The notes under the pieces were generated by a model that worked only from the letters and a program-made list of their open reading frames with translations, was not told the DNA's origin and ran no database searches. Positions 27,047 to 40,175 of a stretch of 64,000 bases of DNA are shown in pieces (position 1 is the first letter of the stretch; the number at the start of each line of letters is the position of its first letter). The DNA lies in contig CAZMXX010000001.1 in the NCBI GenBank assembly GCA_964570315.1, positions 3,649-67,648 of the forward strand. The letters are read 5' to 3'. Source of the DNA: an uncultured Anaerolineaceae bacterium (GTDB lineage: Bacteria > Chloroflexota > Anaerolineae > 4572-78). Made by a program: the position numbers and the translations under genes.

Positions 27047-28423
27047 ATGATGCAAAACCGTTTTGAACTCACCCGATACCGCTGGCTTAAAAAAATGTTG
27101 CAGTGGCGCGGCTTTCAGCCGGTATTGATGCTCTTCACCCTGTTCTTTTTCGTCATTGCCATCCTCACCGGCTTTTTCGGCACACCCGCCGGCAGTCATA
27201 ATTTCGGCATTATTTTTGTGTGGATTGTCTGGTGGGCGTTGCTCATGATTGTGATGGTGCCTTTCTTCGCGCGGTTGTGGTGCACCATCTGCCCCATCCC
27301 CGCCCCCGGCGAATGGCTTCAACGGCGTTCGCTCATTCGGCGCAGACCGGGCAAACTGTACACCCTGCGCCGACGCTGGCCCCGAAAATTACGCAACATC
27401 TGGATGCAAAACTTCGGGTTTTTGGCGGTGGCGCTCTTCAGCACCATCATCCTCACCCGCCCGTCGGTGAGCGCCTGGGTTTTACTGGGGATGATTCTCG
27501 TCGCCATTGCGCTCAGTATTCTGTATGAAAATCGCATCTTTTGCCGGTATGTCTGCCCCGTCGGGGGATTTATCGGACTGTATTCGCTCACCTCCACCCT
27601 TGAATTGCGAGTGAAAGATGCGCAAATCTGCAAAGACCACAAAACCAAAGATTGCGTCACCGGCAACGAGCTGGGCTACGGTTGCCCGTGGCTGGTTTAC
27701 CCCGGCAAACTGGAGCGCAACACCTACTGCGGCATGTGTACCGCCTGCCTCACCACTTGCACCCAAGATAACATCGCCATCAACCTGCGTCCGTTTGGCG
27801 CGGATTTGCTGGTAGAAAAAGGTCGCTCACTCGATGAAGCCTTCAAAGCGCTCATTATGCTGGCGTGCGCCATGCTGTACAGCGCCGTTCTGCTCGGTCC
27901 GTGGGGCTGGGTGAAAGATTGGGCGAATATGGACACCCTGCCCCATTGGGCAATTTATGCCGTTTCATTCATTGCGGTGAACTTGCTGGCGCTGCCGGGC
28001 ATCTTCTGGCTCACCGCCGCCGCTGCCCGCAAACTCGCCCGGCTGGAAATCCCCCTGAAAAAAGTATTTGTAGATGTGGCATACAGTCTGGTGCCGATGG
28101 GTCTCATCGGTTGGATTGCCTTCAGCTTCAGTTTCGTCTTTGTGAACGGCAGTTACGCCCTCTCCGTCCTCAGCGACCCCTTCGGCTGGGGCTGGGATTT
28201 GTTCGGCACACGCAGTTTCCCGTGGACACCCATTCTGCCCGACATGGTTGCCGGGCTACAAATTCTGCTGTTGCTGGCAGGGCTGATATATGCTATCATC
28301 ATCGCCTATCGCATTATTCGCCGCCGCGCCGCCACCGACAATCTGGCATGGCGGGGGACGCTCCCGGTGGCGGGCTTCCTTTCTGCGGTCACATTCACAT
28401 TTTTGAGGTTATACATCGGATGA
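27047..28423 (+). CDS. NapH/NosH/MauN-like integral membrane polyferredoxin (4Fe-4S binding)
   Basis: About 8-10 TM segments. CxxxCP-type motifs LWCTICPIP and FCRYVCPVGG. Ferredoxin motif YCGMCTACLTTCTQDNI plus a KDC...GYGCP half-site. Confidence 0.85.
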   Translation: MMQNRFELTRYRWLKKMLQWRGFQPVLMLFTLFFFVIAILTGFFGTPAGSHNFGIIFVWIVWWALLMIVMVPFFARLWCTICPIPAPGEWLQRRSLIRRRPGKLYTLRRRWPRKLRNIWMQNFGFLAVALFSTIILTRPSVSAWVLLGMILVAIALSILYENRIFCRYVCPVGGFIGLYSLTSTLELRVKDAQICKDHKTKDCVTGNELGYGCPWLVYPGKLERNTYCGMCTACLTTCTQDNIAINLRPFGADLLVEKGRSLDEAFKALIMLACAMLYSAVLLGPWGWVKDWANMDTLPHWAIYAVSFIAVNLLALPGIFWLTAAAARKLARLEIPLKKVFVDVAYSLVPMGLIGWIAFSFSFVFVNGSYALSVLSDPFGWGWDLFGTRSFPWTPILPDMVAGLQILLLLAGLIYAIIIAYRIIRRRAATDNLAWRGTLPVAGFLSAVTFTFLRLYIG

Positions 28424-29412
28424 AATTTCTTGCCGACCGCGCCGAACAACGCGCCATCATCGCTCTGATATTCATTCTCATCGGGGTTCCGGTGATAATT
28501 TTGGGCTACCAATTCGGTATCCGCCCGCGCTTAAACACCATCCGCACCATTGATATTGTTGCCGCCGCGCCGGAAAACGGTGGATTCCAACCGGCGGCTT
28601 TTGAAGTAAACGCGGGCGAAACCATCCGCCTGCGGGTTTCCTCGCCCGATGTGGTTCACGGGCTGGCAATTGGACCCGGCGAAGGGTGGGATTTCGGCAT
28701 CGTCAAACCCGGCGAGGTGAAGGAAATTGAAATTACGTTTCCGGAAGCGGGACGATACACGCTCTATTGCAACGTGTGGTGCAGCCCCTCCCACTGGCGC
28801 ATGCGCGCCGCCATTGATGTATTCGGGGATGCACTCGCCACAACCCCCGACCCCATCATTGAACGGTTGACGGCACAGGGCATTGACATTGATGCCCCCC
28901 ACCCCGCCGAGAACGCCCCCGCAGAAAAGCCGTCGGTGGCGCGCGGAAAGACGCTGCTGGCAGACGTTCAATCCACTCTCCCCCCGGAGGTGCTGTCCGC
29001 AGCATGGCGGCAGTCGCACAGCCCGGCAGAGGCGCGAGCATTGCTCATCAATTTAAATGATGCCGAAGCGTGGGATATTGTGGCGGCGCTGTGGCTGGCA
29101 GACGCCGACCCCGTGCAATTGGATGAATCGCAGGTGTTGTATGCGAAAAATTGCGCGGCGTGTCACGGCGCAACCGGCATCGGCGACGGCATCGGCGCGG
29201 CGACGTTGATTGAGCAGGGGTACATGGGCGACGGTCCCGCCGCCTTCGCCGACCCGACGACGATGCTCGGCGCGAGCAGCGATATTCTGTATGGCAAGCT
29301 TCGGCGGGGCGGTATGGGCACGGGGATGCCGGGATTCGGCACGGTGTTCACCCGCGAACAATCGGCGCAGATGATTGATTATCTGTGGACATTTGTCTTC
29401 AGCACGGAATGA
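28420..29412 (+). CDS. CuA-type cupredoxin fused to a class I cytochrome c (caa3 subunit II-like, but orphan)
   Basis: ATGA overlap with the polyferredoxin stop. One TM. VVHGLA-(36 residues from H to C)-CNVWCSPSHWRM gives C-x3-C-x3-H-x2-M. C-terminal CAACHG with a downstream GMGTGMPGF Met region. The 5' part of ORF 27865 overlaps the previous gene in another frame. Confidence 0.8.
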   Translation: MKFLADRAEQRAIIALIFILIGVPVIILGYQFGIRPRLNTIRTIDIVAAAPENGGFQPAAFEVNAGETIRLRVSSPDVVHGLAIGPGEGWDFGIVKPGEVKEIEITFPEAGRYTLYCNVWCSPSHWRMRAAIDVFGDALATTPDPIIERLTAQGIDIDAPHPAENAPAEKPSVARGKTLLADVQSTLPPEVLSAAWRQSHSPAEARALLINLNDAEAWDIVAALWLADADPVQLDESQVLYAKNCAACHGATGIGDGIGAATLIEQGYMGDGPAAFADPTTMLGASSDILYGKLRRGGMGTGMPGFGTVFTREQSAQMIDYLWTFVFSTE

Positions 29413-29469
29413 TACCCGCTGTATCCTCGCACTATTATATGACGCACGCCCCATTGCCCGCATTTATCT

Positions 29470-29498
29470 TTGTTTTTCCGCCCGAAAATAAGTATAAT
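29470..29498 (+). promoter_or_regulatory. Sigma-70-like promoter candidate upstream of the NarX-like kinase
   Basis: TTGTTT-N17-TATAAT. The perfect -10 lies at 29493-29498, about 130 nt upstream of the ATG. Confidence 0.35.
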
Positions 29499-29629
29499 CG
29501 GCACAACACTTTGCGCCGTTTGCACCCCACCGCGATAAGCCTGCGCTTCCGATGCCCACACCATGCCGTCACGCCGAACTCGGGTGCATGTCCACAGTGT
29601 CTTTTTGAGCGGTGAAGGAGAGAGCGGGA

Positions 29630-31564
29630 ATGAAGTTGTTCAACACCTTCCAAAAACGAATCGGGTTGATATTTCTGGCGTTCTTTCTGCTGGTTTCCAC
29701 GTCTGTGGTCGCCAGTTATTTGATTATTGAGACACAAAAACAAGATGCGTTGGTCATTAACCTTGCCGGACGGCAACGCATGTTGATTCAATCAATGACC
29801 AAAGATGTGCTGGAAATTGAACGCGACACCGGAAATATGCGTTTGGAACATATCAACTCATTGGGGAACAGCGTCGCCAAGTTTGACGCAACCCTGACCG
29901 CGCTCATACAAGGGGGCAATGTCCCCTACCCGCCATACCCCTCGGTGTACCTGCCCGCCACCAGAACACCCGTGATTCTGACCCAGTTGCAGGAAATTTC
30001 GGACACGTGGCAGTTATTCCGCCTGACGCTCCAGCCCATCACCGCCCCGCAAACGTCGGATGAAGAGATTGCCACGGCAATTGTATCGCTGCGAGACCTT
30101 TCGCCGGTACTCCTTCAGCAAGCCGATGAAATTGTGCGGTTGTACGAAAACAATTCCAACCAAAAAGTTCTGTACCTACAACGCATTCAAGTGGTGTTTT
30201 TTCTCAGCGCCCTGATTTTGCTTGCCGTCGGTGTTGCCGTCACCCAAAAGGCGATTGCGCCGCTGCACATATTGGGCAAAACCGCCAAACGCATCGGCGA
30301 TGGCGATTTGAACACGCCGGTTGCGGTTACCGGGGTGGACGAGATTCAATTGCTGGCGCGCACGCTCGACAGTATGCGCCGGCAATTGCATGCCTCGCAA
30401 TCCCGACTGGAGGAGCGGGTTTCGCAACAAGCCTCGGAGCTTGCCACCGCGTTTGAATTGAGTCAGGAAATTGTCGCCGAATTGGATATTGACCACTTGC
30501 TGACTTCGGTGACGAACCGCGCCAAATCGCTTGCCAAAGCCGACGTGGCGAGTTTATGTTTGCTCACCCCGGCGGGGAAAACGCTGCGACTGGTTGCCAA
30601 CAGCAACGGCTTCATCCCCCCGCAAGATATGGAACATCCCGTTGAGAACGGGTTAGCCGGTGATGTGGTTTTTGGAGATAAAACAGTCAGCACGGAAACG
30701 GCATGCGCCAACTGCACCTTTATGCAGCATACGGACGGCTTCTGTGTGGCAACCCCCTTGAAAGCCGGAGAAAAAACGCTGGGCGCGCTGTGTGTCATCA
30801 CCGGCAACCCCAACCATGTCAATTCAGGACACTCGCGTGCGCTGTCGTTATTGGCGAACTCGGCGGCAATTGCCATCACCAACGCGCAACTGGTCAAAGA
30901 GAAACAGATACAGGCGCAACAATCGGCATCGCTGGCGGAACGGGAGCGATTGGCGGCAGAGTTGCATGACAATTTGGCGCAAACGTTAAGTTTCCTGAAC
31001 CTGAAAACCGACCACGTGACCGGGTTGCTGCACCATGAAAAATACGGCGACACGCTGGCAGAACTGCAAGCCATGCAATCCGCGATACAATTGGCATACG
31101 GGCAAGTCCGCGCCGCGCTGGTTGGGCTGCGCGAACCCCTTTCCGCACCGGGCGACATCACCCAGAAGATACAATCCATCATCGCCGATTTTTCCGATGC
31201 CACCCGGCTCCCCGTTCAATTGACGCATTCAAGCCCGAACACACTGACGCTTCCCCGCACAGTGCAGACGCAAGCGCTCCACATCATCAAAGAAGCGTTG
31301 GCGAACATCCGCCGCCATGCTCACGCCACCCATGTTCACATCACCGTGGCGCGTAACGACGCCTCGGTTCGAGTTTCCATCACAGATGACGGCATCGGTT
31401 TTGACACAACGCGCGCCGGCGACGAAAATCATTTAGGGTTGATGATTATGCACACCCGCGCCAAACGCAGCGGCGGGCAATTAGCCGTGCAATCGGCGCC
31501 GGGAGAAGGAACAACCATCACCGCAACCTTCCCGTTAGTGACTGCGGACAAAAACTCACGCTAG
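29630..31564 (+). CDS. NarX/NarQ-like nitrate/nitrite sensor histidine kinase (PilJ/NarX N-terminal sensor, HAMP, GAF, HisKA_3, HATPase_c)
   Basis: P-box-like INLAGRQRMLIQSMTKD in the periplasmic domain. Second TM, HAMP, GAF-like region, H-box AAELHDNLAQTL, NIRRHA, DDGIGF, GLMIMHTRA. GAAGGAG RBS. Confidence 0.85.
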   Translation: MKLFNTFQKRIGLIFLAFFLLVSTSVVASYLIIETQKQDALVINLAGRQRMLIQSMTKDVLEIERDTGNMRLEHINSLGNSVAKFDATLTALIQGGNVPYPPYPSVYLPATRTPVILTQLQEISDTWQLFRLTLQPITAPQTSDEEIATAIVSLRDLSPVLLQQADEIVRLYENNSNQKVLYLQRIQVVFFLSALILLAVGVAVTQKAIAPLHILGKTAKRIGDGDLNTPVAVTGVDEIQLLARTLDSMRRQLHASQSRLEERVSQQASELATAFELSQEIVAELDIDHLLTSVTNRAKSLAKADVASLCLLTPAGKTLRLVANSNGFIPPQDMEHPVENGLAGDVVFGDKTVSTETACANCTFMQHTDGFCVATPLKAGEKTLGALCVITGNPNHVNSGHSRALSLLANSAAIAITNAQLVKEKQIQAQQSASLAERERLAAELHDNLAQTLSFLNLKTDHVTGLLHHEKYGDTLAELQAMQSAIQLAYGQVRAALVGLREPLSAPGDITQKIQSIIADFSDATRLPVQLTHSSPNTLTLPRTVQTQALHIIKEALANIRRHAHATHVHITVARNDASVRVSITDDGIGFDTTRAGDENHLGLMIMHTRAKRSGGQLAVQSAPGEGTTITATFPLVTADKNSR

Positions 31565-31574
31565 GCAAAAAGTT

Positions 31575-32249
31575 ATGGCAGACATTTCAATTTTATTGGC
31601 AGACGACCATGAACTTTTCAGAGAAGGGTTAGCCGGGCTGATTAACGCCCAGCCGGACATGAAAGTGGTGGGGCAAGCCGGGGACGGGCTGGAAGCGCTC
31701 ACGATGGTGCGCGATTTGCAGCCGACTCTGCTGGTGATGGACATCAGTATGCCGGTGTGTACCGGCTTGGAGGCAACGCGGCTCATCCGAGAAACGCCCG
31801 GCATCGCCCAGCCCATCATCGTGATTTTAACCGTGCATGACGAAGGGGAAGAGCTGTTTGAAGCCATCAAATCAGGCGCGGACGGTTATCTGCTCAAAAG
31901 CGGCAACTCGGCTGATTTTTTGCAGGGTATCCGCGCCGCCCTCAACGGCGAGGCAACCCTCGCCCCTAAATTGACCACCCGCCTGATGCACGAATTTTCG
32001 CGCATTTCAACGCAGCGTCGCCCCCGCTCCAACCCGGATGCCGTTTCATACAACTTAACCTTCCGCGAAACGGATGTGCTCAAGCTCATTGCCGCCGGCG
32101 CAACCGACAAAGAGATTGCCACCGAATTGACCATCAGCCTGCACACCGTCAAAACCCACGTCCGAAATATCCTGAGCAAATTGCAGGTCACCAGCCGCTG
32201 GCACGCCGTTCGCGTTGCCCACCAACACGGATTAATCCCCGAAAAGTAA
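31575..32249 (+). CDS. NarL-like (LuxR-family) response regulator
   Basis: REC (ILLADDH, LVMDISMP, LTVHDE) plus LuxR HTH (FRETDVLKLIAAGATDKEIATELTISLHTVKTHVRNILSKL). Confidence 0.9.
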   Translation: MADISILLADDHELFREGLAGLINAQPDMKVVGQAGDGLEALTMVRDLQPTLLVMDISMPVCTGLEATRLIRETPGIAQPIIVILTVHDEGEELFEAIKSGADGYLLKSGNSADFLQGIRAALNGEATLAPKLTTRLMHEFSRISTQRRPRSNPDAVSYNLTFRETDVLKLIAAGATDKEIATELTISLHTVKTHVRNILSKLQVTSRWHAVRVAHQHGLIPEK

Positions 32250-32448
32250 TGCCCACCCCATAACTACCCGGAAGACCTAATTCCTCCCCCCATTTGCCGT
32301 ATATTTTCATCCCTCTTTTTTCACTCTCCATGTAACAACCGAGTGATATTTTTTCCCATCTCTTTGTTGTATCATTTTTAACAAACAGAGACCCACTTCG
32401 TCCGGAATGGTGATTTTTCGTCATTCTGCAACTCACCCCTATTTGTGA

Positions 32449-32826
32449 ATGGTAACTATGCGTGAACATCGGGCGTTCATTATTGGAAGTTCATTATTTG
32501 CGGAGACCCTGAAACAATTGCTGACCAATGCCGCCGCCGTTTCCGTGGTGGGGCATGCCTTCAACATTGAAGAGAGCCTTCCGTTTTTAAATACGCTGGC
32601 TATTGACGTGCTCATTGTTGCCAACCATGAGTACGAATCCGGGCAAGGCGATTTCATTCGCCTTCTGTCCGATTATCCCGGCTTGCCCATATTGTACGTG
32701 TCGCTCAGCACCAATACCGTGCAGGTCATCACCAGCCAGCAGGTTCACGCCAATCTCACTAATTTATTGGATATATTAGCTGCATTGCCCGATTCATCGC
32801 ATACAGACCATCACTCAAATCTATAA
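32449..32826 (+). CDS. Stand-alone receiver-like (pseudo-receiver) protein, hypothetical
   Basis: 125-aa ORF with alternating beta/alpha receiver-like periodicity. It lacks the DD pocket (FIIGSSLF), and the phospho-Asp position reads VLIVANHE. Confidence 0.5.
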   Translation: MVTMREHRAFIIGSSLFAETLKQLLTNAAAVSVVGHAFNIEESLPFLNTLAIDVLIVANHEYESGQGDFIRLLSDYPGLPILYVSLSTNTVQVITSQQVHANLTNLLDILAALPDSSHTDHHSNL

Positions 32827-32844
32827 CCTTGGAGGAAATAGCCT

Positions 32845-33714
32845 ATGACTGGCACAACTGTTGTATCCACATTAATGGTCAGAAAATGGATGGCGGTTTT
32901 CTGCTTAACCGGCATCCTGCTGACCGTGTTCGTTGTTGGCGTTGGTGCGGCTCCCCCCCGGCAACAAGGCGGAGAAGCCATATTTCAACAAAAGTGCGCG
33001 GCATGTCACACCATCGGAGGCGGGGCATTGGTTGGACCGGACTTGAGCGGCGTGACCAACCTGCGCGACGTAGATTGGCTCACGCGCTGGATTTCAGCCC
33101 CGGACAAAATGCTGGCTGACGGCGACCCCATCGCCACCGATTTGCTTCAGCAGTTCAACAACATCCCGATGCCCAATCTGGGGTTGACTGACGCGGAAGT
33201 TGCCGCCCTGATTGCGTACATGCAAGCGCAGGACGGAGGTGGCACTGCCGCAGCCGAACCGGCGGCGCAACCGGAAGCCATTGCCGCCACACCCCCCGGC
33301 GACCCCGATATCGGCAGCCAATTGTTCATCGGGGAACGCGCCCTGGCAAACGGCGGACCCGCCTGCATTTCGTGCCACTCGGTTGATACCGTCCGCGGAT
33401 TGGGCGGCGGCACGCTCGGACCCAACCTCACGCACGTATATGGGCGTTTCGGCGACGCCGGACTGAGCGCGTCGCTGAAAGGATTGCCCTTCCCCACCAT
33501 GCAGGGCGTCTTCTCCGCAAAACCGCTCACCGATAATGAAGTTGCCGATTTGCACGCATTCTTCAGCCAAGCCGACCGAACCACCCAAAAACCCATCAGC
33601 AGCACCGGCTTTCTCATCCTCGGTATTTTGGGAACGCTGGTATTTCTTGGGCTGAGTCAACTCATTTGGATAAAACGATTAAACGGGGTGCGCAAACCCC
33701 TGGTAGGGAGATAA
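32845..33714 (+). CDS. Membrane-anchored diheme cytochrome c, NarC-like
   Basis: GGAGGA RBS. N-terminal TM, CAACH and CISCH heme motifs, C-terminal TM. Lies immediately upstream of narG, as in the Thermus thermophilus narCGHJI operon. Confidence 0.8.
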   Translation: MTGTTVVSTLMVRKWMAVFCLTGILLTVFVVGVGAAPPRQQGGEAIFQQKCAACHTIGGGALVGPDLSGVTNLRDVDWLTRWISAPDKMLADGDPIATDLLQQFNNIPMPNLGLTDAEVAALIAYMQAQDGGGTAAAEPAAQPEAIAATPPGDPDIGSQLFIGERALANGGPACISCHSVDTVRGLGGGTLGPNLTHVYGRFGDAGLSASLKGLPFPTMQGVFSAKPLTDNEVADLHAFFSQADRTTQKPISSTGFLILGILGTLVFLGLSQLIWIKRLNGVRKPLVGR

Positions 33715-33717
33715 ACT

Positions 33718-37344
<3,627 letters not shown>

Positions 37345-37372
37345 GCAACCATAAAACAGAAGGAGCAATTAA

Positions 37373-38869
37373 ATGAATGTAAGAGCACAAGTTTCGATGA
37401 TGTTTCATTTGGATAAATGTATCGGTTGCCACACATGCAGTCTCGCTTGTAAAAACATTTGGACAGACCGCGAAGGCACTGAATATATGTGGTGGAACAA
37501 CGTGGAAACCAAACCGGGCACGGGCTATCCCACCCGTTGGGAAGACCAAGACAAATACCGGGGCGGCTGGCAAAAGAACGGCAAAGGCAGCGTCCACCTC
37601 CGCGCCACCGATAAACTGCGCGGCTTCACCAACATCTTCCATCAACCGTATCTGCCCACCATTGATGACTATTACGAGCCGTGGACATACCGCTACAGCG
37701 ACCTGTTCGACGCCCCTCCCGGCGACGACCAGCCCACCGCCCGCCCCATCTCGCTCATCACCGGCGCACCGATGGACATCGAAGCCGGTCCCATCTGGGA
37801 TGATGACATGGGCGGCTCGAACATCTACGCCGCCAATGACCCCGACTTCGCCGACCTGACCGAGCCGGAAAAACAAGCCTTCTTCGAGATGGAACGGATG
37901 GTATTCTTCTACCTGCCGCGCATCTGCAACCACTGCCTCAACCCCGGTTGTGTGGCGGCATGTCCCTCCGGCGCGCTGTACAAACGCGGCGAAGACGGCA
38001 TCGTGCTGGTGAATCAAAATGTGTGCCGGGCATGGCGCTACTGTGTTTCGGCGTGCCCGTACAAAAAAGTGTATTACAACTGGAAATCGGGCAAATCGGA
38101 AAAATGTATCCTCTGCTACCCCCGATTGGAAAGCGGGCAAGCGCCGGCGTGCTTCCATTCCTGCGTCGGACGCATCCGCTACCTCGGCGTGGTGCTGTAT
38201 GATGCCGACCTGATTGAAGAAACCGCCGCCGCCCCCGACGATGAACTGGTGCAGCGTCAGCGGGAGATGATTTTAGACCCCTTCGACCCCGCCGTCATCG
38301 CCCAAGCGAAAAAAGACGGCGTGCATCACTCGGTCGTTGAAGCCGCGCAGAAATCGCCGGTATACCGCTTCGTGAAAGAATGGCAACTGGCATTGCCGCT
38401 GCATCCGGAATTCCGCACCCTGCCAATGTTGTTTTACATTCCGCCATTGTTGCCGGTGCTGGCACGCATGGAAGATGGCGACACCTACAACGTGGATGCC
38501 ACCGATTATTTCGGTTCGCTGGAAAAAGCCCGCGTCCCCATCAAATACATGGCAAACCTGTTCACCGGCGGGAATGAAGGGCATCTGGTGGAAACGTTTG
38601 AAAAATTGCTCACCGTGCGCATGTTCAAACGTTCCGGTGAAGTGGGCGATGTCAGCCTTGAAAAAGTGAAAGAAATGATGGCAGCAACGGGACTCACCGC
38701 CGAAGCCTGCGAAGAAATCTACCGGCTCACCTCCATTCCCACCTTCGATGAACGGTTCGTCATTCCGCCCATGCACCGCGAATACGCCACCGAACTCATG
38801 GGCGACCCGTACACCTTCAAAGCCGAAACCGGCATCGGGTTCCGCGGCAAACCTACCAGGGGGTTATAA
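37373..38869 (+). CDS. narH: Respiratory nitrate reductase beta subunit NarH
   Basis: MFHLDKCIGCHTCSLACKNIW, CNHCLNPGCVAACP, CRAWRYCVSACPY, KCILCYPR: the four Fe-S cluster motifs of NarH. Confidence 0.97.
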   Translation: MNVRAQVSMMFHLDKCIGCHTCSLACKNIWTDREGTEYMWWNNVETKPGTGYPTRWEDQDKYRGGWQKNGKGSVHLRATDKLRGFTNIFHQPYLPTIDDYYEPWTYRYSDLFDAPPGDDQPTARPISLITGAPMDIEAGPIWDDDMGGSNIYAANDPDFADLTEPEKQAFFEMERMVFFYLPRICNHCLNPGCVAACPSGALYKRGEDGIVLVNQNVCRAWRYCVSACPYKKVYYNWKSGKSEKCILCYPRLESGQAPACFHSCVGRIRYLGVVLYDADLIEETAAAPDDELVQRQREMILDPFDPAVIAQAKKDGVHHSVVEAAQKSPVYRFVKEWQLALPLHPEFRTLPMLFYIPPLLPVLARMEDGDTYNVDATDYFGSLEKARVPIKYMANLFTGGNEGHLVETFEKLLTVRMFKRSGEVGDVSLEKVKEMMAATGLTAEACEEIYRLTSIPTFDERFVIPPMHREYATELMGDPYTFKAETGIGFRGKPTRGL

Positions 38870-38871
38870 CC

Positions 38872-39408
38872 ATGCAGCAACAAAAATTTTACCGCTATTG
38901 CAGTGAACTGCTCAACTATCCGACAGAACAGTTGGAAAATCAGGCTCGCACATGTGTGACGCTGCTGGTGGTAGATTACCCTGAAGCGGCACAATCCATG
39001 CAAAAATTCCTCGATGGCATCAAAGGTATTTCTTTGGGCAGGCTGGAAGAAATTTACACCGGCACGTTCGATGTCAGCCCCACCTGTTTCATCTACGCCG
39101 GGTACATCTTGTTTGGCGAAAGTTTCAAACGGGGCAGATTCATGGTTCGGTTGCAGGAAGAATATTACAAATACGGGTTCGACCGGGGAAAAGAGCTTGC
39201 CGACCATCTGGCGGTGATTATGCGGTTTTTGAGCAACATAGAAACAGACGACGAATTCACCCAATCGCTGAAAACTGATTGTCTCATTCCCGTATACACC
39301 AAAATGCTTGCCGGGTTCAATCAGGGCGGGCAAAATCCGTATTTCCATCTGCTGCATGCCATCATCAACGTGCTGGAGAAAACACAAGTAACGGTACCTG
39401 CCGGTTAA
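38872..39408 (+). CDS. narJ: Nitrate reductase assembly chaperone NarJ
   Basis: 178 aa at the canonical position between narH and narI. TorD/NarJ-like helical protein (YTGTFD..., ADHLAVIMRFL). Confidence 0.85.
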   Translation: MQQQKFYRYCSELLNYPTEQLENQARTCVTLLVVDYPEAAQSMQKFLDGIKGISLGRLEEIYTGTFDVSPTCFIYAGYILFGESFKRGRFMVRLQEEYYKYGFDRGKELADHLAVIMRFLSNIETDDEFTQSLKTDCLIPVYTKMLAGFNQGGQNPYFHLLHAIINVLEKTQVTVPAG

Positions 39409-39440
39409 CACAACCGGCGCACACCAATTGGAGGAATGTT

Positions 39441-40130
39441 ATGACTGTTGCGCAATTACTTTTTGGCGTATTTCCATACGTCGCCATCATATTGGCGGTG
39501 GTGGGGACAATTTGGCGGTATCGGAGCGATAAATTCTCATACTCCAGCCTGTCATCGCAATTTCTGGAAACCAAACAACTATTCTGGGGGTCTGTCCCCT
39601 GGCATTACGGAATTTTAACGGTGCTGACCGGGCATCTGGTGGCATTTCTGGTTCCCCGTTCAATTCTGGGCTGGAACGGTGTCCCCATCCGGCTGTACAT
39701 CTTGGAAGGGATGGCGCTGATAGCCGGCATTTTGGCGCTGGTGGGGCTGGTACTGCTCATCATCCGCCGTCTGAACAGCCCTCGTCTGTGGCACATCACC
39801 TCGGTGATGGACAGCATTCTGCTGCTGGCGCTGCTGGTACAGGTTGTCGCGGGCGTGTGGACTGCCATCTTCTACCGCTGGGGGTCGTCGTGGTTCGCCG
39901 CCTTTGCCACGCCGTACCTGTGGTCAATCTTAATATTCAAACCGGATATTGCTTTGGTGAGCAATATGCCGTGGGTGGTGCAAACGCACATTGTGGGCGG
40001 CTTCGTGCTGTTGGCGCTGTTGCCGTTCACCCGGCTGGTTCACCTGTTGTCGTTCCCATATGCGTATTTATGGCGTCCGCCGCAAGTGGTCATCTGGTAT
40101 CGGCGGTCACGTCTGGGCGGTTCGCGGTAA
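39441..40130 (+). CDS. narI: Respiratory nitrate reductase gamma subunit NarI (diheme cytochrome b)
   Basis: Five TM segments, conserved His (WHYG, GHLVAF, VQTHIVGG, RLVHLLS). GGAGGA RBS. The 5' part of ORF 39279 overlaps narJ. Confidence 0.9.
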   Translation: MTVAQLLFGVFPYVAIILAVVGTIWRYRSDKFSYSSLSSQFLETKQLFWGSVPWHYGILTVLTGHLVAFLVPRSILGWNGVPIRLYILEGMALIAGILALVGLVLLIIRRLNSPRLWHITSVMDSILLLALLVQVVAGVWTAIFYRWGSSWFAAFATPYLWSILIFKPDIALVSNMPWVVQTHIVGGFVLLALLPFTRLVHLLSFPYAYLWRPPQVVIWYRRSRLGGSR

Positions 40131-40175
40131 CATCAAACTATTTTTGCAAATTTTTATTGATAGGAGAACAAAACA

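Noticed and set aside
27865-28419. N-terminal 185-aa extension of the CuA/cytochrome c ORF in the track (27865-29412)
   Set aside because: The extension overlaps the 3' third of the polyferredoxin gene in another frame and is Arg/Pro/Gly-rich. The ATG at 28420 forms an ATGA overlap with the upstream stop and is followed by a proper TM segment. Similar 5' extensions were trimmed for the ORFs at 13244, 16045, 17491, 22077, 23158, 25266, 39279, 45308, 49879, 51918 and 59230.
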